Source of the DNA: Candidatus Latescibacterota bacterium
GTDB taxonomy: Bacteria; Latescibacterota; UBA2968; UBA8231
Direction of reading: 5' to 3'
NCBI GenBank assembly: GCA_965206595.1
Contig: OZ242214.1
Coordinates: 3,072,001-3,136,000 of the forward strand
DNA length: 64,000 nucleotides
Of this stretch, positions 28,785-39,573 are shown one piece after another (the stretch's first letter is position 1; each line of letters starts with the position of its first letter). A program made the position numbers and the translations under genes. The notes under the pieces are model-generated. The model was not told the DNA's origin. It was given only the letters and a program-made list of their open reading frames with translations, and ran no database searches.

Positions 28785-30206
28785 ATGACTCCGACTCGCC
28801 GCCAAGGGAAAAAAGAGGTACTCCTGGCGGGGTACGGTCTTCCCTACTGGCTCGACTTCGAGCGCCCGTCCTATCCCTCCCTCGAAGAACGGGTACAGGC
28901 CGACGCCGCGATCATCGGCGCCGGCATCGCCGGCTTGAAGATCGCCGACTGCCTCAGCGGCCGCGGCCTCTCCTGCGTGGTCATCGACGGCGGTAGAGTG
29001 GGGGAAGGGGCTTCCTCCAGAAACCAGGGGTGCATCGTCACCGGCCTCGGCATGCCCTACTCCGCGCTGGTTCAAAAGGCCGGCCGGGAAATGGCGCGCT
29101 CGCTGGTGGCCCTCAGCTACTACAATCAGGATCTCCTCGTCGACCAGATGGAGCGCCACGCCATCCACTGCGATTACGAGGTTCTCGGCGAGACCGGGCT
29201 TGTCCGCGGCGACCAGCCCGATGCCGGGCGGGTGCTGGAATCGCTCGGCGGCGACGTTCACCTGCTCCGGGAAGACGGCTTCGCCGCCGAATACCTCGAT
29301 GCCGGGGAGGCGCTCGCCGCGACCGGCTCCACGCTGTTCGCCGGCGGGATCAAGTTCCCGCGAGACGCCCAGTTCCATTCCGGCCGTTTCGCCGCCGGCC
29401 TCGGGGCAGCCGTTTCCCGCCTGCGCGGCGTTCGCCTTTTCGAGGGCTCCCCGGTCCTGTCGATCGAGGAGAGCGGCGGCGACCTCCTCCTGCGCACTCC
29501 CCGCGGCGAGATCAGATCCCGCCACCTCTTCGTGGCCGCCAACGCCCTCGCCCCCCAGTTGCTGCCGGGGCTGACGGGCAGTCTGCGGGCAGAACGGGGA
29601 CAGGTGCTGGTCACCGAGCCGCTGGCTGCGAGGCCCTGCCGCGGCTGTTTCGGGGGTGGGCTGGCCTGGTGGCGGGACATCCGCGAAGCCGACGGCAGGT
29701 ACCGGCTGCTCTTCGGCGGGGCGCGGCGCCGCGACGAGCCGGACAGCCTGTTCAAGCAGTACGGGACCAACGGCACGCGGAATCCCCGCCTCGGGAACGG
29801 TTTCCTGCCGACGGTCGCCCACCAGCGCCGTCTGCATGCGCGCCTCGCCGAAGTCTTTCCCCACCTGACCGGTATCCGCATCACCCATCGCTGGGGGGGC
29901 CTGCAGTCTTTCACCTGCGACGGAGTCCCCCTGATCGGCGCTCTCGATCCGGAGCGCCGCATCTACGGCATGGCCGGCTTCTCGGGGATGGGGAACTCCT
30001 ACTCCAACGTCGGCGCCGCCTACCTCGCCGACCGCGCCGCCGGGGTGACCGGGGAGGTCGAGCGGCGCTTCGGCCCGACCCTCGATATTCTCCTGGCCCC
30101 CCACCGGGAGGGGGCTCTCTGGCCCGGACCGGAGCCGACGCTGGCGCGCTCCGCAACAGGCGGAGTCTTTCGCCCCGGCCCGACTTCCCATAGTTCCTCG
30201 GCCTAG
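28785..30206 (+). CDS. FAD-dependent oxidoreductase (DadA/PuuB-like)
   Basis: IIGAGIAG, GASSRNQG, THRWGG..SFT.DG.PLIG, GFSGMG. Start uncertain. Confidence 0.88.
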   Translation: MTPTRRQGKKEVLLAGYGLPYWLDFERPSYPSLEERVQADAAIIGAGIAGLKIADCLSGRGLSCVVIDGGRVGEGASSRNQGCIVTGLGMPYSALVQKAGREMARSLVALSYYNQDLLVDQMERHAIHCDYEVLGETGLVRGDQPDAGRVLESLGGDVHLLREDGFAAEYLDAGEALAATGSTLFAGGIKFPRDAQFHSGRFAAGLGAAVSRLRGVRLFEGSPVLSIEESGGDLLLRTPRGEIRSRHLFVAANALAPQLLPGLTGSLRAERGQVLVTEPLAARPCRGCFGGGLAWWRDIREADGRYRLLFGGARRRDEPDSLFKQYGTNGTRNPRLGNGFLPTVAHQRRLHARLAEVFPHLTGIRITHRWGGLQSFTCDGVPLIGALDPERRIYGMAGFSGMGNSYSNVGAAYLADRAAGVTGEVERRFGPTLDILLAPHREGALWPGPEPTLARSATGGVFRPGPTSHSSSA

Positions 30207-30425
30207 TGTCCGCGAGCGCAGTTCTGCAACATCCGTTTCACTCTTTGCGTCCCAACCTGCTGAGTGACTTGACAAACCGGGGAAGTATTCCCCCCTGTTG
30301 CAGGAGCGCATTCTTCCAGGCAACACCTGGAGGTCCCACCCGAACCGCGGCCGACGCCTGGCTTATCCGCCTTCGACGAACCCGGAAGCTGAGTCGGCAG
30401 CTCCCCTATCCGACAAGAGGCCATC

Positions 30426-31889
30426 ATGCCGAACTCGTACGACACGGAACAAGAGACCGGGGAGGATGCCCTTGCCGGCCGCCTCACCGACGAGCAGGTA
30501 CAGCAGTTCATCGCCGACGGGTACCTGACCGTTCACGCCGACTACCCTGCCTCGTTTCACGAGGGGATATGCCGGAAGCTCGACTCGGTGCTGGAAAGGG
30601 AGGGGAACCCGGGGAACAACATCCTGCCGCGCATTCCCGAGATCGGGCAGGTCTTCCGGCACCCCGCGGTGGCCGGGGCCCTGACCAGCCTCCTCGGTCC
30701 GGGGTACATCCTCCATCCGCACCGGTATTGCCACCTCAACCCGCCCGGAAGCAGCGGCCAGTCCTGGCACAAGGACAACTACGTCTTCGACCACAACCTG
30801 CGCCACCCGCGCTTCTCCTGGGTGCTCGCCTTCTACTACCCGCAGGAGACGACAGCGGAGATGGGCCCCTCGGGCCTCCTGCCGGGGACGCAGTTCCAGC
30901 GCACGATCAGCGATCCCGACCCCGCGGCCACGAGGGAACGGGAGGCGGGGATCTGCGGTCCGGCAGGCACGGTGGGGCTCATCCATTTCGACTCCTGGCA
31001 CCGGGCCCTACGCAACGCCAGCGGCCGCGGCCGTTACATGCTCAAGTTCCAGTTCGCGCGTCTGCGCGAGCCGGCCGCCCCCACCTGGAACCACCGGAAT
31101 CCCGCCTGGGCCCCGGGTAGCGGCAACCCCAATCCGCGGGTTTCCCGCGATGTCTGGGACTGGATGAGAGGAAGCAGTGCGAATGGAGCCGGCAGCCCGG
31201 CTCCCGGGACCTCCGCGGAGGGGGATTCCGAGGCCGCGCTTCTCGAAGCGGCGTACCAACTCGCGGCCGTCGGCGAGGCCGCGGTCCCCGAACTGACCGC
31301 GGCAATGCGGGAGCAGACCCTTGCCTCCCTCGGGGAGACGACGGCGAAAACCCCGGACAACGCCCACGGGACCAACCCGACCCCCGGGCCCGCGGCAACC
31401 GCCCTGACCGCGGCCGGTGGCGCCGCGGTTCCCGCCCTGATCGACACCCTGGGAGACCCCCACTGGTGGGTGCGAGCCGTCGCCGCCGGAATCTTCGCCC
31501 GCATGGGCGGCGAGGCCGCCGAGGCGGTGCCGGCCCTGACTGCGGCGCTGGGGGACGATCACTGGTGGGTGCGGAGAAACGCCGCCGAGGCGCTCGGGAC
31601 CATCGGCCAGTACGGCGGCTGGCTCGTGGGGGAAATGGGCAGGTTGCTAGGCGACGGCGACTACCGCGTCCGTCGCAATGCGGCGCTGACCCTGGCAAAG
31701 ATCGGCCCGGACGCCGAGGCCGCGGTCCCCGACATCCTTCCCTTGCTGGGGGACGAAAACCGCTACAACCGCTTCTACGGGGGACTGGCCCTGCAGCGCA
31801 TCGGCACCCCGAAAGCCGGCGAAGCGCTTCTCGACTCACTGTTCGAGTCGCGCTGGTGCCCGTTGACCACCAGGGACGACATGTACTGA
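30426..31889 (+). CDS. PhyH-family dioxygenase fused to HEAT/PBS-lyase repeats
   Basis: LTDEQVQQFIADGYL, WHKD, WHRA; C-terminal repeats DPHWWVRAVAA, DDHWWVRRNAAEAL, DYRVRRNAALTL. Confidence 0.88.
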   Translation: MPNSYDTEQETGEDALAGRLTDEQVQQFIADGYLTVHADYPASFHEGICRKLDSVLEREGNPGNNILPRIPEIGQVFRHPAVAGALTSLLGPGYILHPHRYCHLNPPGSSGQSWHKDNYVFDHNLRHPRFSWVLAFYYPQETTAEMGPSGLLPGTQFQRTISDPDPAATREREAGICGPAGTVGLIHFDSWHRALRNASGRGRYMLKFQFARLREPAAPTWNHRNPAWAPGSGNPNPRVSRDVWDWMRGSSANGAGSPAPGTSAEGDSEAALLEAAYQLAAVGEAAVPELTAAMREQTLASLGETTAKTPDNAHGTNPTPGPAATALTAAGGAAVPALIDTLGDPHWWVRAVAAGIFARMGGEAAEAVPALTAALGDDHWWVRRNAAEALGTIGQYGGWLVGEMGRLLGDGDYRVRRNAALTLAKIGPDAEAAVPDILPLLGDENRYNRFYGGLALQRIGTPKAGEALLDSLFESRWCPLTTRDDMY

Positions 31890-31952
31890 CGTTCTTGCGA
31901 AAGGAAGGCCTTGGGCGCCGGCTCCCGCAACGGACATTCAGGAGGATCGAAA

Positions 31953-32801
31953 GTGAAGCACATCATCGTCACCGGTGCCAAAGGGGGCACCGGCTTCAGC
32001 ATCGTCGGCGAGCTCAGGAAGGCGGGGTACGAAGTCACCGGGGTCGACATGGCCTACCCCCGCCACGCCGACGGCGGCTACAAGAGGGCGGACGTCCTCG
32101 ATGCGGCCAGCCTCAACGACCTGTTCGCCGGCGCCGACGCCGTGGTTCATTTCGGCAGCCTGCCGACCGATCACTGGTCGTCCTGGAGCACCTGCTTCGA
32201 AAACGTGATGATGGGGGGCTTCAACGTGTTCCAGGCCTGCGCCAACACCGGGACAAGGCGCATCGCCTACGCCTCGAGCATGGAGGTGTACGGCGATCTC
32301 GCCCGGCAGCCGCACCTGCCCGTCACCGAGACCAGCGCTGCGGTGCCGCATTCCATCTACGGATCGGCGAAGCTGCGCCTCGAGGAGCTCGCCTCCGACT
32401 ACTGCCGCTGGCACGGCATGTCGATCGCCGGCTTCCGGCTCGGCCGCATCATCTACTCGAACTCCTTCGAGTGGCGGCTCAAGGCCCAGACCGAGGCCGC
32501 CGAGCGCTGCGCCGAATGTCTCTGGTGCTACGTCGACGCCCGCGACGTCGCCGAGGCCTGCCGGCTCTGGCTCGAGTCCGACCTGCAGGGGTTCAGGGCC
32601 TACAACCTCGCTGCCGACGACGTCTGCATCGACCTCCCGGCCGCGGAGCTGCTGCGGGAGCATTTTCCCGGCATTCCGGTTCGGGGAGAGCTCGGCGAGT
32701 TCCAGTGCCCGTACGTGTCGGACTCCCTGAAGCGGGAGCTGGGGTGGCGGGCCAGGTACGGCTGGCGCGAACTGCGCGCGGAGTGGGAGGCCGGCCGCTG
32801 A
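31953..32801 (+). CDS. NAD-dependent epimerase/dehydratase
   Basis: VTGAKGGTG, YGSAK, YVDARDVAEA. Confidence 0.9.
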   Translation: MKHIIVTGAKGGTGFSIVGELRKAGYEVTGVDMAYPRHADGGYKRADVLDAASLNDLFAGADAVVHFGSLPTDHWSSWSTCFENVMMGGFNVFQACANTGTRRIAYASSMEVYGDLARQPHLPVTETSAAVPHSIYGSAKLRLEELASDYCRWHGMSIAGFRLGRIIYSNSFEWRLKAQTEAAERCAECLWCYVDARDVAEACRLWLESDLQGFRAYNLAADDVCIDLPAAELLREHFPGIPVRGELGEFQCPYVSDSLKRELGWRARYGWRELRAEWEAGR

Positions 32802-32813
32802 GCCTTCCCGCAA

Positions 32814-33683
32814 TCAGCGGATCAGCCCCAGCTCTTCCACCAGGCGGTGGAGCTCGCGCAGCGTCAGCTCATCTGTAAGAGGTACGGGATGGCGAAGTCT
32901 GGAGCTCTTGAAGACGCCGCGCAGGCGTAGGACTTCCTTGTTGACGTGGGGGCCGTGGAGCCTGAACAGCGGTGTGTACCTGTTGAATTCCCGTTCCGCC
33001 TCCCCCTCCCTGCCGGCGTGGAAGAGGTCGATGACGCGGCGGAACATGTCCGGTATGTGACAGTGGGGCATGGTTCCGACCGACCCCCGGCGCATCTCTT
33101 CGATCAGGAAGGCGCCGCTCATGCCCCCGAGGACGATCAGGTCGTCGCCGGCAGCGGCCACGGTCTCGGCGATCCGCGGCGGCGTCGGGGGCGTCTCCAC
33201 CTTGGCGTAGCAGACGTTCTCCGATTCCCCGGCGATGCGGACCATCAGCGCCGGGGCGACGCCTGCCGCCCCGGCATCCTGGATGAAAACCGGCACCTTC
33301 ACCGCTTCCCCGATGGCGCGGAAGTACTCCGCGACAGGGTCGCCGCCTCCGGCGGCGGCAGGGGGTACCGCCATCACCGCGTCCGCCCCCAGCTCCTCGG
33401 CGCGGCGGCTGTACTCGACCGCCACCCGGGTCGACTCCGCCCCGGAATTGACCACGACCGGCACCCTTCCCGCGACTTGCGCGACAACGGTCCGAGCCGC
33501 CAGATCGCGTTCGGCCTCGGACAACCTGTTGACCTCGCTGCCGAAGGCGATGCCGAGCCCGTCGACCCCGGCTTCGATGGCGAAGTCCACCTCCCGCTGC
33601 AGGTCCTCGACGTCGATGTCGTCCCGGGCATTGAACGGCATCGCCAGAATCGGAAACAGCCCCCTCATCGACCTGTCCACCAT
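32814..33683 (-). CDS. Dihydrodipicolinate synthase (DapA-like) family aldolase/dehydratase
   Basis: MPFNARDDID, GSEVNRLS, GADAVMAVPP, YAKVE. Confidence 0.88.
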   Translation of the reverse strand: MVDRSMRGLFPILAMPFNARDDIDVEDLQREVDFAIEAGVDGLGIAFGSEVNRLSEAERDLAARTVVAQVAGRVPVVVNSGAESTRVAVEYSRRAEELGADAVMAVPPAAAGGGDPVAEYFRAIGEAVKVPVFIQDAGAAGVAPALMVRIAGESENVCYAKVETPPTPPRIAETVAAAGDDLIVLGGMSGAFLIEEMRRGSVGTMPHCHIPDMFRRVIDLFHAGREGEAEREFNRYTPLFRLHGPHVNKEVLRLRGVFKSSRLRHPVPLTDELTLRELHRLVEELGLIR

Positions 33684-33759
33684 CTATCGGTCTCCTTGGT
33701 TCAGAGGGATCCTCGTACCCCGCCGAGCAGATCCGGCCACAAAGCCCCGGCAGAGCGGA

Positions 33760-34956
33760 TCAGGCAAAGATGGCGCGGCTGGCGATGCCGCAGCGGTACC
33801 CCTCTTTCTGGATTCCGCCGAGGAACTGGGCGGTGCGGCCGGCCGGGGCCGTGCCCTCGTACCAGGCGCTGAAGGAGCCGTTGAAAGCCTGGATCCACTC
33901 CCGGTCGGCACTGGAATCGCCGGCGGCGACGACGTAGGCGTTGTTGAAGATGCCGTCCTCCTTCAAGCCGTTGCCCCCGGCATCCCTGATGCGGCCGTCG
34001 AGCGACCCCAGGATGGTACCGGCGTCGTCACCCCCGGCGGCGCTCAGCAGCACTTCGGTGAGGCCGCCGTACTTCAGCGCCGTCCAGGTGCTGAAGCCGT
34101 CGGCGATCTCGCCCGAGCGCACGATCTCGGCCTCGCCCGAAACCAGGCGCGGCTGGATCTCTACCTGCCCCTTCTCCAGCGGAATTCTCGACACCGGGTA
34201 GATCACGCCCGCAGGCCGTGCATCGCCGTAGTACTCCTCCACCAGCTTGCGGACGATCTCCACCCGCTCCCAGGCCTCGCCAGGGGCGTAGTCCGCGGCG
34301 ACCATGATCTCGATCCACGCGGTCTGCTTCTTCATGTCGACGCCGGCTTCGGCGAACGGCTTCTCCAGCTGTTCCTCGAGGATGAAGGTCGCCTCCTCGG
34401 CGATGCCGCCCCCCAGGGTGTCGACCATTTCTCCGTTGGCCTCGTGCAGCACCGTCTTGCCGCTCGGATGGTGGTCGGTCCAGTACCCGTGATCGATGTC
34501 GACGCTCCCCGAAAGCGACACCCCCGCTCCCTTGATCGCCTTGATCTGCACCTCGAACAGCGCCGCCGGATCGGGGAACCCCTCCGGGTGGGTGTGGCGT
34601 GCCATGCGGTTGGAGCGCAGGGGGCCGCCCGTAACCGCCTGGATCATCGCCGCGTACACCGCGTTGAAGGCGTTCTTCTGTTCGTCGCAGGGGCCCCAGT
34701 CGCTCGACGGGGTCGTCCACAGCACGTCGGTCTTGTACACGTCCGACCAGTGCGCGCCGCAGACCTCGAGGCCGGAGTTGAGGTTCTCGATCGTCCCCAG
34801 CCACTGGCTGCCGACGTCGGCCGGGTACTGGGTGCCGACGTTGCCGCTCGGCTCGATCAGCCGCAAAACGTTCTCCCTGTCGTCCTTGAGGATGACCTCG
34901 GTCGGGTTGGAAAAGATGGCGATCGGGTTGTGGCGGATGATGCTTACCTGGGCCAT
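33760..34956 (-). CDS. Hypothetical protein with YjgF/RidA-like repeated domains
   Basis: DVYKTDV...AFNAVY...PDPAALFEVQIKA; second copy RPAGVIYPVSRIP...VEIQ; third FNGSFSAWY...PAGRT. Confidence 0.5.
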   Translation of the reverse strand: MAQVSIIRHNPIAIFSNPTEVILKDDRENVLRLIEPSGNVGTQYPADVGSQWLGTIENLNSGLEVCGAHWSDVYKTDVLWTTPSSDWGPCDEQKNAFNAVYAAMIQAVTGGPLRSNRMARHTHPEGFPDPAALFEVQIKAIKGAGVSLSGSVDIDHGYWTDHHPSGKTVLHEANGEMVDTLGGGIAEEATFILEEQLEKPFAEAGVDMKKQTAWIEIMVAADYAPGEAWERVEIVRKLVEEYYGDARPAGVIYPVSRIPLEKGQVEIQPRLVSGEAEIVRSGEIADGFSTWTALKYGGLTEVLLSAAGGDDAGTILGSLDGRIRDAGGNGLKEDGIFNNAYVVAAGDSSADREWIQAFNGSFSAWYEGTAPAGRTAQFLGGIQKEGYRCGIASRAIFA

Positions 34957-35210
34957 GGGTGCGGTCCTCTTCCGGTTAGATCGGTTGATGTCGAATCGGG
35001 GGATACATCATCGGGGGCGGGGGTATATGGTGCAAGTTGCCGGAGGTCGGGGAGGCGGGGAATTTCCTTTCTGCTACGGGCTCGGGACCCCATCCCAGGC
35101 TTGGTCAGAAGTCCCGGCGCCGCTCAATGTGGCCGATCCGGCTCGTCCTGATTCTCGTGGACCACGGGAAGGTGATTTCCCCGATCCGCGGCCGGGGAAA
35201 CACCAGGGCG

Positions 35211-38200
35211 CTAGTCCAGCAACCCACCAAGCGCCGATGCAGCTTCCCAGCCCGTGTCCGACTCGGCAAGCTGTTGGCGTTGTGGGCCTGTGAGCCACTC
35301 CGCCCGACTCCCGGTGGCCTCTCGAGTGACCGCGAGGACATGGTCGATCTGCTCGGCAACCGCGCGGACGTGAGAGATCACGCCCACCATGCGTCCCCCG
35401 GCCGCGACCGTTCGCAGTGCCTGGACCGCAGAGTCGAGGTTGTTGCGGTCCAGCGAGCCGAATCCCTCGTCCAGGAACAGCGACTCCAGCCTTCCACCAC
35501 TGCGCGCCATCATCTCCACCATTCCGAGTGCGAGCGAGAGGGAGGCGATGAACTGCTCCCCTCCCGAGAGGCTCGCGGGGGAGCGCGCCTGCCCGGAATC
35601 CCGATCGAGGACGCGCCACTGCTCTTCGTTCTCGCCGGGATCGACGAAGGCGTACTTGCCGGCGCTCATTTCACCGAGCATCCGGGACGCATGAACCAGC
35701 AGACGCCGTGATCTCCGCAGGGTCAGCCACTTCAGGAACGCCCCGGGCTTGAGGGCATCATCGAGATCGCCGAGCGCCCGCTCCTTGCCTTCTACTTCCG
35801 CGAGGAGGGCGCGGAGGTCCCGAACGTCGTCGATGGTTGCGGCGAAGTCTTCCCAGACTTCCCTGGCCCGGCGAGCTTCGAAGCGGGCGTCGTTCGCCCG
35901 TGCACCCGCGCTTTCCACGACTGCATCGGTGCCCATGCCGATGTCCACCCCCAACCGGTTCCCGAGCGCGGTCAGTTCCGTGCTTGCGGCTTCTGCCCTG
36001 TCGGCTGCGGCGCGCAGGTGTTCCTCCGCTGCTCGCGAAACATTCGCCGTCGTCGTCCCCAGCTCGCCCATCCAAGAGGTCAGCTCCGCGATCTCCCGGG
36101 CCGAGACGGCGGTAGGAACGTTGGTGTTCAGCGCCAGCCGGCTTACCGATTCGACAAGGACGTCGCGGTGGGCATTGAGGTCATGAACGATCTCGTCGAG
36201 CGGCGCTTCGACTTCATCAACCCGCCGTCGCTCAAGGACTGATCGCGCGGTACCGGTATCGACAAGTTTCGTCTCCAGGCGTTGTCGTTCGGAGGCCCGT
36301 TCCGCCAGCACCTGTGCACGATCCTGAGCCGAGTTCGTCTGCGCGTCCACCGGGCTTGTGTCCACCTCGTGCAGGTCCGCGGCGTCGTCCGGCAAAGCGA
36401 GGCTGAGCTGGAACGCGGGCGGCACGGCCTGGATCGCCACCATCAGCCGCTCCAGGGAATCGGCCGCCGCCGTACGAGTGTGTTCGACCAACGTATCGGC
36501 GTTGGCCGCCGCTGTACTGGCAACGCTGGCGGCAGTCTCCTGGCGGGTCGCCTCCAAGCGAAGTTCCTCATTGACACGATCGTGTTCCGCCAGCCGATCC
36601 GCTGCTCCGGTGCAGGCAGCCTCCAAGGGGGCGAGCAGGGTGTCGCGCCCGGGGACTTGGGCACCCGAATCAATATCGACGTTCCGGGCGAGCTCCTGGA
36701 GCGCGTCTGTGAGAAGCGTTTCGGCTGCGGCAAGTCGATCTCCGGAATCGGCGATCTGACCCTCGATGCCCGTCCGTTCCGTGCGGATCCGCGTCAACTC
36801 CTGCTCTGCCTGTCGAGCAGCCTGGCGCGCGGCGTCGGCTATCTGCTCCGCCTCACCAAGCCGGGCTCCCTCGGGGGGCTCCCAGTCGGGGGGAAGGTCG
36901 CGGCGGCAGACCGGGCACTCATCCCCTGAATGCAGGCCGTGGGCGGCGGATGCAGCAGATTCCGACCGCCGCGCCGCAGCCAAATACTCGTCGGTCTCGG
37001 CGGCCGCACGGGTGGCGCGTCCTTCATCCTCCTGCGCGGTTTGCAGTTGTTCTGCCAGGACGGCGGCGGCTTGTCTGAGTTCACCAAGCTGTCTCTGCCT
37101 CTCCTCCAGCTCAGCCACCCGCTCCTCATACCGGGAGTACTCCTGGTCGACCGCGGCGCGGCGTGCCTGCGCCATCTCGACCTCATCGGCGAGCTGGGGT
37201 CGTCTCCGCGCGTGTTCGGCTGCCTGCTCCTGCGCCCCCTCGGCGCTTTCCGTCAGACCCCGTGCTTCTGCATGCTTCCGCAACCGGTCTTCCTCGCTCG
37301 CCCGGAGGGTGTTGGCTGCTTCCATACCGGCTGCGGCCAAGCCGCCGATGCTCTGCAATGTCGTCAGGGCAGCGGCAACCTCTTCTCCCATGGGGCCATC
37401 GCCGGAGGGAATGCGCGAAAGTTCTTCCTCGATAAACGCCTGGCGCTGCATGAGGGCCGCGTTCTCTTCTGCAATCCCCCGATCTATCTCCGCGACCGGC
37501 GCCAGCCTTTCCGCGACTCTCCCGGTTTCCAGGACGCGCAGCCGTCCGAGGACGCCGGATGCCGCCTCCTGCTCCCTTCCAGCGGCGACCACGCTATCGC
37601 GGGCAGCGATCGCCACCCGTTCGACCTCTGATGCCACGACTGCCTGCCGACTCGCCGCTTCGCGCACCTCCTCCAGTCCGGCCAGATGCGCGTCCGGGTT
37701 TTCCGGATAGGCCGAGGCCGCCTGCTCCAACCGGACCCGCAGCGTCACGGCTTCCTGGCGGGCTTCGCCTGCGAGCCCCCCTGCCTCTTCAAGCTCGTCG
37801 GTGGGCCAGACCTGCCGCAGGATCCGGCTCCGGTCGCGCGGTTCGTCCTCGACCAGCAGGCGTGCGAAGCGACCCTGAGGCAGCACGACGGTACGCAGAA
37901 ATGCATCGCTATCGAGCCCGAGCAGCTCCTTGACGCGCTCGTTGACCCGACGGACCTGCTCGACCTGCTCGACCGCCTCCCCGGCGGCGCCGAACTTCCG
38001 GAGTTGAACGTTAGGTTGGACTACGGTGCCATCACTGGCCCGGCGCAGCGTGCGGGCGACCTCCCACGTTTCGCCGGAAACCTGGAACCGGAGCACGACC
38101 CTCATATGGGACGAGGTATCGTTCATCAGCTCCTGATTGGCCTGGGCCGTGAACGTCGTCTGCCCGTAAAGGGCATAGGTGATCGCCTCCAGGATGGAAG

Positions 38201-38315
38201 ACTTTCCCGCCCCGGTGTCGCCGACGATGGCGATATGGTCCCGCCCGGTGAAGTCGATGGAGACGGGAGCCCTGAACGACCGCAGCCCTTCGATGGTGAG
38301 CCTGAGTGGACGCAT
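35211..38315 (-). CDS. sbcC: SbcC/Rad50 SMC-family ATPase
   Basis: GDTGAGKSS, long coiled coils, CPVC zinc hook, LSGGE, LFLDEGFGSLD. Confidence 0.93.
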   Translation of the reverse strand: MRPLRLTIEGLRSFRAPVSIDFTGRDHIAIVGDTGAGKSSILEAITYALYGQTTFTAQANQELMNDTSSHMRVVLRFQVSGETWEVARTLRRASDGTVVQPNVQLRKFGAAGEAVEQVEQVRRVNERVKELLGLDSDAFLRTVVLPQGRFARLLVEDEPRDRSRILRQVWPTDELEEAGGLAGEARQEAVTLRVRLEQAASAYPENPDAHLAGLEEVREAASRQAVVASEVERVAIAARDSVVAAGREQEAASGVLGRLRVLETGRVAERLAPVAEIDRGIAEENAALMQRQAFIEEELSRIPSGDGPMGEEVAAALTTLQSIGGLAAAGMEAANTLRASEEDRLRKHAEARGLTESAEGAQEQAAEHARRRPQLADEVEMAQARRAAVDQEYSRYEERVAELEERQRQLGELRQAAAVLAEQLQTAQEDEGRATRAAAETDEYLAAARRSESAASAAHGLHSGDECPVCRRDLPPDWEPPEGARLGEAEQIADAARQAARQAEQELTRIRTERTGIEGQIADSGDRLAAAETLLTDALQELARNVDIDSGAQVPGRDTLLAPLEAACTGAADRLAEHDRVNEELRLEATRQETAASVASTAAANADTLVEHTRTAAADSLERLMVAIQAVPPAFQLSLALPDDAADLHEVDTSPVDAQTNSAQDRAQVLAERASERQRLETKLVDTGTARSVLERRRVDEVEAPLDEIVHDLNAHRDVLVESVSRLALNTNVPTAVSAREIAELTSWMGELGTTTANVSRAAEEHLRAAADRAEAASTELTALGNRLGVDIGMGTDAVVESAGARANDARFEARRAREVWEDFAATIDDVRDLRALLAEVEGKERALGDLDDALKPGAFLKWLTLRRSRRLLVHASRMLGEMSAGKYAFVDPGENEEQWRVLDRDSGQARSPASLSGGEQFIASLSLALGMVEMMARSGGRLESLFLDEGFGSLDRNNLDSAVQALRTVAAGGRMVGVISHVRAVAEQIDHVLAVTREATGSRAEWLTGPQRQQLAESDTGWEAASALGGLLD

Positions 38316-38316
38316 G

Positions 38317-39573
38317 TCAGCTCCGGCTGCGGTTCCGCTCCGAGGCGAGGCGGTCGAGGATTTCCCGGGCGCCCGAAAGGAGCGGCGTCAGCCCGAAATC
38401 GGGTTTCGTTCCCTGGCCCACCCCGCCCAATGCCTTCGCGAAGAGCGTGGCCACCGAGTCGTGGGGCGCCCTGATCCCGCGCGCCGCGTTGTTGCGCCAT
38501 TCGAGAAACAGCTCTTCGAGCCCAGGTTCGGCCTCCCCTTCGCGGTCCGGGTCAATAGGGCTCACCGGCCGGTTCTCAACTACGTTCATCAGCTCGAAAA
38601 CAGCGCAGTTCGGCGACCATTCCAACAGCCGGTCCGCCAGGTCCGGAATCGGATCGTCCGAGCCCACACGCGCCTTCAGAATGCAGCCGTCGAACCCGCC
38701 GTTTGCGGCGCGATCCTCAAGTTCCGCCAGGGTGCCGGCAAACTCTACGAGGGGCCGTCCGCACGGCAGGTCGTGCGTGCCCACCTGCATGCCGTCCCCG
38801 ATCGTCACGAGCACCGCCTGCTTTGTCTGCTCGCGCTCGCCGAAGTCGAGAGGGATCAGCGAGCCGGCGTACCGTCCTTGCGCCTTTCCTCCCGGCAGGA
38901 GCTGCGGGTCGTGAAGGTGCCCGAAGGCGCAGTACAAGGCCTGCTGAAGACCATCGACGTGCGTGGCGTAGTCTCCCCCCACGGTGATCCGCCGTTCCGA
39001 TCTGCCCGACCGGGCGCCATGCACGAAAAGGTGGGCGGCGTAGAGGACGAGCCCTCGTTTGCCCACGCGGCGATGGGCATCATCGAGCAGACTCTCGTTG
39101 AGGGTCCTGATGCCGTCGGCGTAGGTGCCCTCGAACCGGGATGGATCGTCGGTCGCGTAGTCGGCGATGGCACTGGGAGGGATGAATGGCACACACGCCA
39201 CGGCAACCGGCTCCTCCGTGACCTCCGGATACTCAACCACTTCGGGTCGAGTGACCAGGCGCAGCCGCCTGGGGCTCGCCGCCCCTGCCAGCTCGTCGAT
39301 CACGCCCAGCAGAACGGTCGAATCGTGGTTGCCGGTCAGCACCAGCGTCGGTGCGATTTCCGCAAGGCCACTCAGCGCCTTGACACCGAGCTTCAGGGCT
39401 TCGTGCGGGGGACGCGAGGCGTCGAAAAGATCGCCGGTGTGCAGGATCAGATCCGGTCGGGAAGATTTCGCGAGGTTCAGCAGTCCCCGGAGCGCCTGCA
39501 CCTGGTCAGGAGTGCGATCGTGCCGGCCGAGCTTGGCCCCCAGGTGCCAGTCGGAAGTATGGAGCAGCTTCAC
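38317..39573 (-). CDS. sbcD: SbcD/Mre11 nuclease
   Basis: LLHTSDWHLG, GDLFD, GNHD, FGHLH; GTG start overlaps the herA stop. Confidence 0.93.
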   Translation of the reverse strand: MKLLHTSDWHLGAKLGRHDRTPDQVQALRGLLNLAKSSRPDLILHTGDLFDASRPPHEALKLGVKALSGLAEIAPTLVLTGNHDSTVLLGVIDELAGAASPRRLRLVTRPEVVEYPEVTEEPVAVACVPFIPPSAIADYATDDPSRFEGTYADGIRTLNESLLDDAHRRVGKRGLVLYAAHLFVHGARSGRSERRITVGGDYATHVDGLQQALYCAFGHLHDPQLLPGGKAQGRYAGSLIPLDFGEREQTKQAVLVTIGDGMQVGTHDLPCGRPLVEFAGTLAELEDRAANGGFDGCILKARVGSDDPIPDLADRLLEWSPNCAVFELMNVVENRPVSPIDPDREGEAEPGLEELFLEWRNNAARGIRAPHDSVATLFAKALGGVGQGTKPDFGLTPLLSGAREILDRLASERNRSRS

